Shown one piece after another: positions 11,652-22,275 of a DNA stretch of 40,424 nucleotides (positions are counted from its first letter, which is position 1; each line of letters begins with the position of its first letter). Made by a program: the position numbers and the translations under genes. Below the pieces are notes generated by a model. That model was not told the DNA's origin. It did not search any database and worked only from the letters and a program-made list of their open reading frames with translations. The stretch is from NCBI GenBank assembly GCA_000934665.2, contig JYFJ02003531.1, positions 1-40,424 of the forward strand. The letters run 5' to 3'. The DNA is from Catajapyx aquilonaris (lineage: Eukaryota).

Positions 11652-11767
11652 AGTATGTTAAACCAAAGAACGATATGACGTCACACGAGCCGTATTTTCT
11701 GAGCATGCGCAGTTGCTTGCAGGCGGGGCTGAACGTGACGTCAGATCATTCTTTTGTTTAACGGACT
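11652..11767. mobile_element. 116-bp MITE-like element with about 33-bp terminal inverted repeats
   Basis: Left AGTATGTTAAACCAAAGAACGATATGACGTCAC; right end in reverse complement AGTCCGTTAAACAAAAGAATGATCTGACGTCAC. Confidence 0.7.
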
Positions 11768-13489
11768 TTATGACACATACGCAGTGCGACGGAAAATAGT
11801 ACTATTTTTTGTCTCATCGCACTTTGATAGTTCCCTCCACACTATTCACAAACAATGGCGAAGAGAGTCAGTGCAAATGGTCGGATTATGTCTCGGTTGG
11901 CGCGTGTTTGTATAGTCTCTACGACAAAAGGCTTGGGAAGAAATCGTAGGCTATTTAAAATACGGGGCTGTTACCCTGGTGGAATTCCCAGCTTCAAAAC
12001 CGATTACTTTTCCATGATCCCCAGCCAGCTATTGGCTATGAGAGGAGGATAGAAAATAATCGTCTCTATAGTCGACCCTCCACCTAATAATTCATCCCCA
12101 TATTTTGACCCTTATCCATTTTTTCGAAAGATTTTTTTTTTTTGCAAACGCATTGGCAAACTTTGGTTTTAAGGCCCGACTTGGCAGATACCCAATCTTG
12201 TCCCACTTCTATGTAAACTGGACATGAAGGTTGGAGAATTCGAAGGAAAAAAAGGGCTGCAAATCATCTTCCTTAGATTGGATTATTGTGTCAACTATTC
12301 AGACGGTGAAGCAGTTACTTAGGAAACTTTAGAGTACTGAATTATAACCGGATTTAAATGTGACACTTACTGAAATTAATATTGGAAGTGTATGGAACAT
12401 TTTAAACAAGGACATGTTAATTATGGTTGAGTAAAGTGTACGTGTCAGTGTCACATTATCCGGAAAATGAGCCCCACACTCGAGATGGACACTTCAAGAA
12501 CTAGAATGGCAAAGAATCACGCACAGATCGGCTTATCCAGCTTCAACTTTTTTGCTTAAAACCAGATCCCTAAGTTTTGTCAGGCCCGAATTCTTTTAGC
12601 ACATTCCGTCCCAAGAATGCTACGAGAAAAATCCTATTGTAATACCCACCCTGACTTGATTTGTATTCTAAAATGGTGGTGAGGATGGACTGGACCCTTC
12701 ATCATTTGACGTTAGAACATCTTGAGCTGGACTCACGCCATTAGGGTGCATGTCTCAAGGCTTGTTGGCTCCATTGTTCTCTTCTCTCCTGATCCAAATA
12801 CCACCCTTGACAATGGAGGGATCTTGCTCTTAGAGATTATTACCACCCAGGATGATTTTTCATTTGATAAGAAGATCCGTCATGTCTCGTTGTTGCCTAA
12901 TGAAAATTGATTGCTGAGTTTTTTTAGTCTAAACAATTTTTTGAATATATGACCACCTTGCATGCCACATTGCCAGAATTTTGTGGATATTTCTTCTGAA
13001 AATGCATGCATGTTGTTGGCACCAGATTTCGGCGAAAAATTATTCGGCTGAATAAATTAACAAGATGTGAGTTGAGTGGACTGTTGGGGTTGGAATTGTG
13101 GACTGCACTGGAAAATGTCGTATTACTCTTGGAGCACTGCATGGTCATGACAGCCAATGGAGCAGCAAGTGCTGATGGAAGTACTCGATTAAAGTCACAA
13201 CCAGTCCATCGCCACAAAAAAGCATTTTAAAAAAAATTTTATGCTGACAAGTTCAATGATATTCAGTCATTACTACTGATACTCCATAACATGAAATTGG
13301 TCCTGAATTGTCCTGAGCACGAACACCGCCTGGGGGAATACCTTACCCCCATTCTTTACAACCATTTTTGCTAATCACCGCAACATCGATTAGCTCTCGC
13401 CTAATTAATTTCTCTCCTCCATGAAAATCGGCGAAACAATCTGAACAGTTTGCCAAAAACGTGCAACAAAATTCAGACGTCACCAGCCT

Positions 13490-13640
13490 TCCCCCCCACC
13501 CACTCCCTTTCCCCCCTCCCCAACTCCTTCCCCCACCTCCCCTCTCCATCCCGCCCTACTACTAGTAGGGGCTTTGGGCTGGATCTGAGGTCAGTTGTGT
13601 GCGGTGCGCGGCCCAACGTGCGGGGCTTGCACCCTCAAAG
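13490..13640 (+). promoter_or_regulatory. Candidate core promoter upstream of the SLC16-like exon
   Basis: C-rich tract (13490-13558) followed by TCAGTT at 13591-13596, matching the arthropod Initiator TCAKTY, then a CpG-rich stretch. It lies about 1.2 kb upstream of the ATG. No canonically spaced DPE was found. Confidence 0.3.
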
Positions 13641-14766
13641 GAAGACACATCGACAGGCCATGTGACCTCTCAGTTAGTGGTGACCCAACATATCTTCGGG
13701 GGGTTATTTTAGGCGGGAAGAGTGGAAACAGTGCGGTATCGATACAGGGTGCTTTGTGGCTGGAAAAGTTCACGTGTGTTCACAGTGTGCAATAATTGTT
13801 AATAGGATAGTTGTGGAAATTTTAAACAAAAAGGCATAATTAAGTGTGTGGATAATAGTGTAATTATGGCCGAAAATTACATGATATTAATTTGGAAAAG
13901 TTTTGCTCAAATTCTCCGAGATTATTTTCTGCATTACGGTAATAAGATATGCCAAAGAAATAATATTGCAGATGGTGATTATTCCATGTAACAATGGGGG
14001 CTATAAGCAATATTACATGACCTGTAACATGGGGTTCGTAAACTTGGTGTAATCATACAGCGCCGTAACATGCTGTAAATAAGTGAGAAGCATATCAAGA
14101 TAGTTTTTGGAGCATTTCGATTTACATCCAAAGCTATAAATGGAAATATTGCTGTCGCTACTTTTTTACAGCGCTGTAATTCCAGTGTAATTCGAACGAA
14201 GCAGGACAATAGTGCTCCGTGTGCACAATAGTATTGCTCTAGTATTCTACCGGAATAAATTGCCAAAACGCTATTGCCTCTAGATGGAATTAATTATTTC
14301 CACACCTACTGTAATAAACTGTAACCCACTTTCTTAACATTCTCGTTTGATGTAATTAGCCAATTTGATCATGTTACAGTCCATGGGATTAATCGGATTA
14401 TAAATTATGACAGTCGGGAATTGTAATAATCACGTCAGTATTTGTGACATGGTGCATCGTACACCAGGTGCAACCCAAATGATTGTTTGACATGCCTTTC
14501 CTAAGGCGCTGCTGACATATTTACAGTATGTTTTAATGACGTAACGGTCTTGTTTGTCCTTGGGGGCCATCGCCATTTGAGTCCAAGTTACTAACTGGAA
14601 GTGACGTCGTAACCCAGTTCATCGTCCGCGACATGCGTCAATACTATCCTCATATTCGGCCCACATTTGTATAGTCGAGCCAACATCTTGCTGGCTCGAC
14701 TGTACCACCGCCACTGGAGTACCCTGCATCGTTATACCGACACAGGTGCGAACGAGGGCAGTGGAA

Positions 14767-15349
14767 ATGCCCGGCGATCGAGGCTGCGTCCCGGGTGGGG
14801 AGGTGTCCACCATAGGTCCCTCCAACATCTACAGCCACCAGCCACCGCCAGAGGACATCTTCGGACACAATGCGCCCGAAGATGCGCCTCCTGGTGGCAA
14901 CCCAGCCGATGGTGACTGTGCTCCCCACAAGGCTCGTCGGATGTACCGGTCGAAAAGCCTACCTCCTGAGGACCTGGCCAAGAGCCTGGCTGTGAGACGG
15001 CACCAGCTGAGCAAACAGGAGAGCGTGGCCAGCGCTCAGAGCTCTCAGGCCAAAGACTCTGGGATCAGCAGCGAGCAGCCTAGTGGTGTAGGCAGTGACG
15101 AGCCTCAATCCCAGAGTGACAACCAGATCAACCCGAACGACATACAGGTCAATGGGAACTTCCACGAACTGAGACAAAGGGAACTCAGGACACTCAAGCA
15201 GCACTACTACCCTGAAGGAGGATGGGGCTGGGTTGTGGTCGTCTGTGGAGTGGTCAGCCAAGCACTCAGTCACGGGTTGCAGATGGCCCATGGGATTCTG
15301 CTCATAGAGATACTCAGAAGATTCGGGGACAACTGGTGGATTGCCACAG
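14767..15349 (+). CDS. Coding exon of an SLC16/monocarboxylate transporter-like (MFS) protein: about 148-aa low-complexity cytoplasmic N-terminus plus TM1; the gene continues beyond a long intron
   Basis: The ORF 14746..15441 contains HYYPEGGWGWVVVVCGVVSQALSHG (PEGGWGW at 15211-15231), the [D/E]GGWGW signature that precedes TM1 in SLC16 transporters, followed by a hydrophobic helix. First in-frame ATG is 14767. A donor CAG|GTACAG at 15349/15350 (phase 1) falls where the transporter-like sequence ends. The exact 5' end and orthologue are not determined. Confidence 0.85.
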
Positions 15350-15484
15350 GTACAGACAAATTTCATGTCTATGCGCAATGTGGGTGTTCCGATACGTGTG
15401 AATGTTACCGGTCATCATTGGTTGATGCTGACATATACTGAGTGTTCCTGCTCAATTACTGCCTTTCTGTCAGATAGAACAACC

Positions 15485-15535
15485 TTGTCATTCCTGGTGG
15501 TAAGGACGTTTTGTCCTTACCACTAGGAATGACAA
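15485..15535. repeat. Inverted repeat: 23-bp stem (one G-U), 5-nt loop
   Basis: TTGTCATTCCTGGTGGTAAGGAC-GTTTT-GTCCTTACCACTAGGAATGACAA. Confidence 0.9.
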
Positions 15536-16202
15536 TTAAGGTTCGAAGATCTGGCAAGATCTGGGCGAAGATATGGACTCGCGACGCCTTGTCACATTTT
15601 CCTGGAATCGTTCACATCACAAATCCAGATTAGGATGTAATTAGTTACCAATACTTGACTAGCCTGGCACACTCTTGAGAGCGGAATATAATCAGACATC
15701 AGTTACAGACGGGTACATTTGATCACCTAATAAAAGTCAGGCAAGGATGAGACGAGCCATTTCCTATCGTGAAAATTGAATTTTAAATGGCTTAACGACT
15801 TCTGCAGGGGATTATCGCCGCGTACATTGGTAGGCCATAACATTTTGACACGCCAACCATGCTTAAGCCCACGCCAGTGTTTCTTGACAATCAAAAACCA
15901 AGCCAGTGCTTTTACGAAATATTCTCCGGCAGTTACTCCGAGTGCACTTCATTTCATGAAGGGGGAAAAAAACAGCGTCTTGTCTAACGTCAAGACTGCT
16001 AACTCCAAAACTGCATTTCCGTTCCTCTAAGATAACGGCGACTATATAAGAAGGGCAAGAAAAGGAAATCAATGTTTCATTCAGAGCAAAACCTCAGTGT
16101 GTAATTTCACTGGCGGAGGTATATGAAATTGCATTAAAATCATGCTAAGTTACATATAGCAATGGGCAGGTCCGATGCGATTTTTCTGCATGTCCATGAT
16201 CC

Positions 16203-16285
16203 ATTTTGGAGCGAAAATCCTCCGGATGAACTCATTCCTCTAGGTCTCGATGAGTTCATCTGGAGGAATTTGTTAGCTCCAAAAT
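16203..16285. repeat. Imperfect 83-nt inverted repeat (hairpin)
   Basis: ATTTTGGAGC..AAATCCTCCGGATGAACTCAT [14-nt loop] ATGAGTTCATCTGGAGGAATTT..GCTCCAAAAT. Confidence 0.85.
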
Positions 16286-18417
16286 ATACCCAGAGTGCAT
16301 ATGGAGGGTGTACAAGTTAGGATGTCAAATGTGACTGGGAACCCACGGGCATTTATACACCTCTGTCGAGTTGTCCAGAGCAAGTTGGACGCCATGGGGT
16401 AGCAGCCACACTTGTCTCTGACTAGAATCATATGTCCTGAACCCCCTTTACACCTTGGGCCAGCCCCATTTTTTACTGTACCATATTTTTTTTTGTTGTA
16501 ACCCGTAATTACTTCAATGTTTCTGTTTGGACTTTGAACTGTTAAGGACCAATCCGGTCCCAAGATTGTCGTGGTCAGGTGGCCGCATTACTTCTTCCAA
16601 TCTCGTTTTTACGCCTTCTACCTTGGCCTGCTGTTGAGGGGGGTTTGGGTGTGGAAAAAAAGTGTCCACATGGTGTGGGAGTCGAGCCAGATTCAGAAGA
16701 AGGCTTATTGAATCAGACATGTACGCGTGTTGTTTCTAATTCAAGCGGAATCGGATTTGACGGGGAGTGATTTACGTGGAGGCCATTTTGGTATTTGGCA
16801 TCAAATTGGCGTGGTAATTAATGGAAAGTGTAGTTGACATGAAAGGAAGTAGCGATACACTTGGTCCTTCCCATTGAAGTCATTAAAAGTGATGTTGTGT
16901 ACATGCCTAATTTATGACCGCAATTAATCAAGCCAGTACCTGCTACTGCATTAATTTCACTCGGTTTAGCATGACATAAGGCTAATCGTTGATTACACAT
17001 AATTTGCATTCATACAACCAGACCCAAGTGAATCTTCGTCATATGTTGGTACTATGTTGGAAGTCACTTGATGTCGGTTTTGCTTGTGGTGGACGAGAGA
17101 CGTAATTGGATTCCCTGGTGGCAGAAGCCTCAAATTTCTGGTTGGCTTTAGCTCTCAATTATATTACAACAATAGAGTCTGGCGAAGGACAGGCGACAGT
17201 ATGGCGTTATTGGACACTGGTTGAAGATGTAATGAAATTTTAGTCACTTTTTTGAAGAGTCGTGTTTCAGAAAAGGATTTTTTAAAATATTTGATACGCC
17301 ACAAGTTACTTGCACACTTTTCATCCCTCAATCATACATGTCAACGAAATAACTCTGGAAAAAATTAAACACATAAAATACTATCGCTCGCAGATATAGT
17401 TGGCATCATTGCGAATGGATCCAGCAGCCAGATCGCGACATTCGGACGATAAATCCGAGGTAACAGACTAAAGAGTGGAATATTTTGCTGCTCCCTGTGG
17501 CGAGAGGAGAAAGGTGACTGGTTTCCTCGGGTTGCCCACAGCGACATTATTCATCTCGGCCCAACCACCAGCTCTATTCGCAACCTGTCAGCCATCGAAC
17601 CAGTTTGCGCTGTATTCATTGGCTTTATGACTACCGCCGTTTTGCTGTATATGTCTGCAGCAAGAATTTGGAGCTAGAAGAGGGCCAACCTAGACTCGAA
17701 CCAGGGACGCCCACACCCAAGACCAAATATTCGTCTTCCGACTCGTGGCATGTACAAATATCGAAGGAATTTTGGACAACTTCAATTTTATTTTTAACCA
17801 TAAATATGCAATAGATTACATTCAATATTTGCATTCCTTGCACAAACTGAATGCAATTTTTTGCGCATCTTCTCAACTATCTAAAGGAGACGAAAGGTTC
17901 TCAACTCATTTAATGCTTTTTAATGGGACGTTAGAGGAGGGCAGAGGTTACAGGCCGTGACCTGTTATGGTAATGAGCTTAGAATCATGGCATGGGGTGG
18001 TAAAGAACCTGAGGAATGGCTTATTACGTGCATGACACCTAAGTCGATTGAAAAAATGCTAATGACCATTTTCTTCAAGGCATTGCAGGATCCTTCTTTT
18101 TCCACCCATCAACTTGCTACGTTTTTTGGTACCTGCCACTCTCTGATGACAATACCGATTCAGCACGTACTGAGCATGAAGTTATATGTGGTAACCAAAT
18201 TACAAGCTAATTATGCCGCCAGAGATTAGACCGGACGCACCTCGCGTTTAAACGATCGAATTTTGAATATGAGTTGCACATGTTCAGCACGCAAAATTAC
18301 TCCAGCAGCATATGTTACAATAGTAACTCATGACGCCCACATGCATTGCACTTATCTCAAAATGTATGATTCCTTACATAATTTTGTATTATTTGATATT
18401 TTATTTAATTAAATATT

Positions 18418-18496
18418 TGAAGGGTCGCCCCGAATAATGTTGTAAGTGATTATTGTAACCCATGTCACTTACAACATTATTCGGGGCGACCCTTCA
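18418..18496. repeat. Perfect 32-bp inverted repeat with 15-nt spacer (mini-MITE-like)
   Basis: TGAAGGGTCGCCCCGAATAATGTTGTAAGTGA (18418-18449) and its exact reverse complement (18465-18496). Confidence 0.95.
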
Positions 18497-18621
18497 TTTA
18501 TTGAATTGAATGTTTATATTACATTTGCTATTTATTTCACTATATATGCCTTTGCTATTTATTTTTACTATGCATTGCTATTTATTTTACTATACCGTAT
18601 ATTTGCTTTTTGTTTTATTAA

Positions 18622-18800
18622 TAATTTAATATTTGTTTATTTAATATTTATTGATATTAATTTACTATTTGTTTATTTAATATTTATTGATATTAATTTA
18701 CTATTTGTTTATTTAATATTTATTGATATTAATTTACTATTTGTTTATTTAATATTTATTGATATTAATTTAATATTTGTTTATTTGATATTAGTTTAAT
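18622..18800. repeat. AT-rich 36-bp tandem repeat, about 5 units
   Basis: Unit ATTAATTTACTATTTGTTTATTTAATATTTATTGAT; it produces the spurious INLLFVYLIFID peptide repeat in ORF 18446..18799. Confidence 0.95.
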
Positions 18801-18841
18801 ATTCATGCATTGAACATTATTATAGTTGGGTTATTATTACC

Positions 18842-18975
18842 ATCTATAATATTAAAATCCTATGTTGTTTGGTAATGTCGTCTGATTGGTCTGCCTCATA
18901 TTGTTGTTACCGCGACTCTTCCGATTGGCCCGTTCTGTTCATGCGCAATGGGGTGGAGGCAGCGCCTCTGGTGGG
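18842..18975 (-). repeat. Dispersed repeat family, copy C
   Basis: Reverse complement reads CCCACCAGAGGCGCTGCCTCCACCCCATTGCGCATGAACAGAACGGGCCAATCGGAAGAGTCGCG...CCAATCAGA...GATTTTAATATTATAGAT, colinear with copy A. Confidence 0.75.
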
Positions 18976-20241
18976 TGGGAAGGGGAACTATCCATTCGAA
19001 CGCGGTCGGCTGTAGAGTGAACTTCGCCCCCCACCCCATTGTCCTGTATTTTTTTATTATTTAAAAAACAGCTATGACTTAAAAGGAGCGCCAAAACCGC
19101 AGAAGTGTGAGCCATCTGTAGTTCAAAATATTCAAACATTACCCTAGCCTCTACCCGGGCCAATCGATACATTTTAAAGCCTTTCCCTCCGCAATTACAG
19201 TATTTTAAAAGCCAATCCACGAGACGAGAATGGAATCCAGGGTGTAATCTACTGAAATCTTCCCAGACATTGGAGTTCCCCCCTTTTTTTTCTATCCAGT
19301 CTAAGGAAGTGCAGCGACTTTGAGACGTTTCCAGCCAATGACGGTGAAATTGGTTGGGTCTGAGGACGAATGTCCACCAACCATTTCCATCCCCTAATTC
19401 CTTCTTTGCTCTGACACTCCCTCGGCTTCATGGCTCCTCCAAGCGATAAATTTTCTTGTGGGAAACCATCGCACTTCCATATACAATTCAAGTCTTATTT
19501 TTCCTGCGTTTTGTTGGAGGGAGCCTGCAATTGTTGCGTAGGTGTGAAGAAAAGGGTTGTGATTACAACCAGAGTTCCTTCAGGCGTTAATGACACCTGA
19601 CGGACAAACTAATTAGGCTGCGAGTATAACCAGTCTGGAGGATCATAATATAAAAAAGTGGGACCAGGAATGTGGAGGAGTATAGTTAAAATGTCTTCAT
19701 GAGTAATAAGCATGTGACAGAAAAATGCAATTCAATAGCGAATATTTGACGCATTTTTGTCCAGATAATGCCAATTGCTACAGCGGGTCATACTTCCTAT
19801 TGCGGCATATTGTTACTGCAAAATTTTATCAAAACCTAACACCGCCTGTGCAGTAAATCTGAAAGAAAAATTTCCTCCCAGTATTGTACAGCATTTTAAG
19901 GGGCCAGTAAATTTGACAGATGACCCAGGTGTCAAAGGGCAAAGCGGGGCCTTCGATGAAATAAATTAATGGGCCTCTTTTTTGATCAAAAGACCCAGCA
20001 GCAGACCTAGTTGCAACACCAGGGTGTTAATACCCTCACCTCATCCACTTCATCACAGCAAAGAAGGTGCATTTACTCCTTAGTCACGAAGACACCGCAC
20101 CCTCTTTTTTTCCTTCAGGTGTTTCTGAGGAATATATTTCATTCAGGCACTTTGGTATGTCTCGGGTTACGGAAATCTTGAGCTGAGTTACAGGTGTAAG
20201 TTCATGTGTCCAATGAGGCTGCACCATTCGCACTTTTACAC

Positions 20242-20454
20242 GTTGCATCAACCCTGATTAAATCAGGGTTGAAAGATATTTTTTACCTTCTAAATTTTAG
20301 AAGGTAAAAAATATTTTTCACTGAAATTAATGGAAATTACCGTATACCAAGTAATACTGTCTAAAATTTAGAAAATATTTTATAATTTTGTCTTGCAGAT
20401 TTCTACACATTTTTTGTAGATTTTTCCTTAATTTGGGTCTGATGAAACCGGCCC
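20242..20454. mobile_element. PIF/Harbinger-like MITE with a degraded left end and internal palindromes
   Basis: The right end in reverse complement is GGGCCGGTTTCATCAGACCCAAATTAA, flanked by TAA; the left has the related GTTGCATCAACCCTGATTAA. Internal palindromes lie at 20248-20272 and 20270-20320. Confidence 0.5.
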
Positions 20455-22180
20455 TAAATGCAATGAAACAGTGTTTTGTCTTTAGAATATCCGTTCATGT
20501 GACTTTTTATACGCCATTAGCAAAGTAGATTCAGGAACTATTAATCCGGCTTTATGACAGGGCAATTTTATGTGACGGTCCATTAATCACTGCACTAAAG
20601 GATTATAGGCAGTATAAATTTTTACCAATTTCATTTTATCAGATTCATCAGCCAGACAGAGCTTATTGGAACTTTGTCTGATCTTACTGTTAGTGTAGCA
20701 TATGTGCCATAAACTGTATATGTGACTGAAAGGTTTTAGCAAAAATTTAGAACGATTTTCATTGGTAATACAATTAGTAGAAAATCGTTGCTGATTTAAA
20801 TTGAGCGACTTGTATTTTACTCAAAATATATAAAAATAATTTTAGGATAAGCTTCAGATTGAATAAAGAGTATCCCTATGGACGTAACATATACTGTACA
20901 GTATGTGCGTCCCATTGCGGCTCCAACAATTTGTTTTCTTTTACTGTTAGGCGTGAGTAAAATTGAGTAAGACCAGTGACCTGTTGGGGCGACAAGCACG
21001 TGAAGTGTACTCTGAAGGCACATGATTTATTGTCCTGTCACTTGATAATACGAGATGAAAGAAGAGTGAGAGGCAGAAGGGATGCCGCCCCCAACCATCT
21101 AACTTTCTCTCTCCAGACAGAAAACAGTAGCCTATACTCACACAACTCTTAAATTAGACCCCCCTACTCCGCTGAATGGGTCTCGAAAAGTGCTTTAAAA
21201 AAAATTAAGGAGGACACTATTTTTGCATGCTCATTAGGAGACGTGTACTTCAGAGCATGTGTCAAATGTCAGGTTGAATATTATGACATGGATAATAATT
21301 AGTGTTGGTATATAAGTCTAGAATTTGTCATTTATTAAAGAGCTGGCAATAATTTTCATGTATGTATTATTTAAAGTTTAGTAATTTATTACTAGAACTA
21401 TTGATTGAAATATTTGTTTAATAATATTGATGTAATCGTCCATTTTTTGAATAATTTATAGAAATATTCCTGCACATTATATAGACAATACTTATTTTTG
21501 AAATGTCATCCCAATTTACTTGCAATAAAGTATCAGCGATATGATCATCACCGGAAAAGAACGTTTGAAATAACTTTTGTGACTGTTTCAAAGGTATGGG
21601 CTTACGTTGTAAATAGGCGAAGGAGCCTCCTTCGAGCGGAGTTCAAAGTTTTCTTTTAAGATGAACAGTGGATTTTCATCCTTCCAGAAACTTTTCTGCA
21701 CGGCCGTTTCTTATATTACACCATATCTGAAGGAAATGTTACTGACCTCAATCCCTATTGATTATTGTAAAACCAAGTTTACTTTGCATACGCCTGCAAT
21801 AATGCTTTTGAAGATTTCCTGTTTCTGCTTAGTTTTTATGCGTAAGGCTTTTTTGCCATGATTTTTAATGACAATTTATTACAACCAGTGATAAGATTTT
21901 GGGTGTCACAGCATTGTTCAAGTGGACAAATGATATATGTGAGCTACTTCACCTCTTACAGTCTACTTCACGCCAGGACCCATTTTACCTTCATGGTAGG
22001 AGGCTGGGCGGATTGGATAGCGAAAGTCAATCATTCTATTCTCACTCAGTTAGTCATACGCAACAATAATCCGCCCTTTCATAAGTCACCCAGTCAAATC
22101 GTGACCACTTGCATCTTCGTCAAATCCACCTTAACTTCCATGGCCATCAGGCACGTTCTAGCATGAACATTAATAATAAA

Positions 22181-22275
22181 TAGGTGTGCATATGGGTGTA
22201 TAGGTGTGTATAGGGGTGTATAGGGGTGTATAGGTGTAAATAGGGATGTATAGGTGTAAATAGGGGTAAATAGGG
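22181..22275. repeat. 10-bp minisatellite (TAGGKGTGTA / TAGGTGTAAA), about 9.5 units
   Basis: Read directly. Confidence 0.9.

Noticed and set aside
14619..15378. Overlapping antisense and alternate-frame ORFs (14619-14828, 14650-14928, 14667-14915, 14829-15014, 14959-15378)
   Set aside because: These are shadows of the GC-rich real exon, with no independent protein features.
15350..15441. C-terminal part of ORF 14746..15441 (TDKFHVYAQCGCSD...) as coding
   Set aside because: It follows a GT donor and has no resemblance to MCT TM2; it is best read as run-through into the intron.
18446..18799. 117-aa hydrophobic ORF resembling a membrane protein
   Set aside because: It is the translation of an AT-rich 36-bp tandem repeat.
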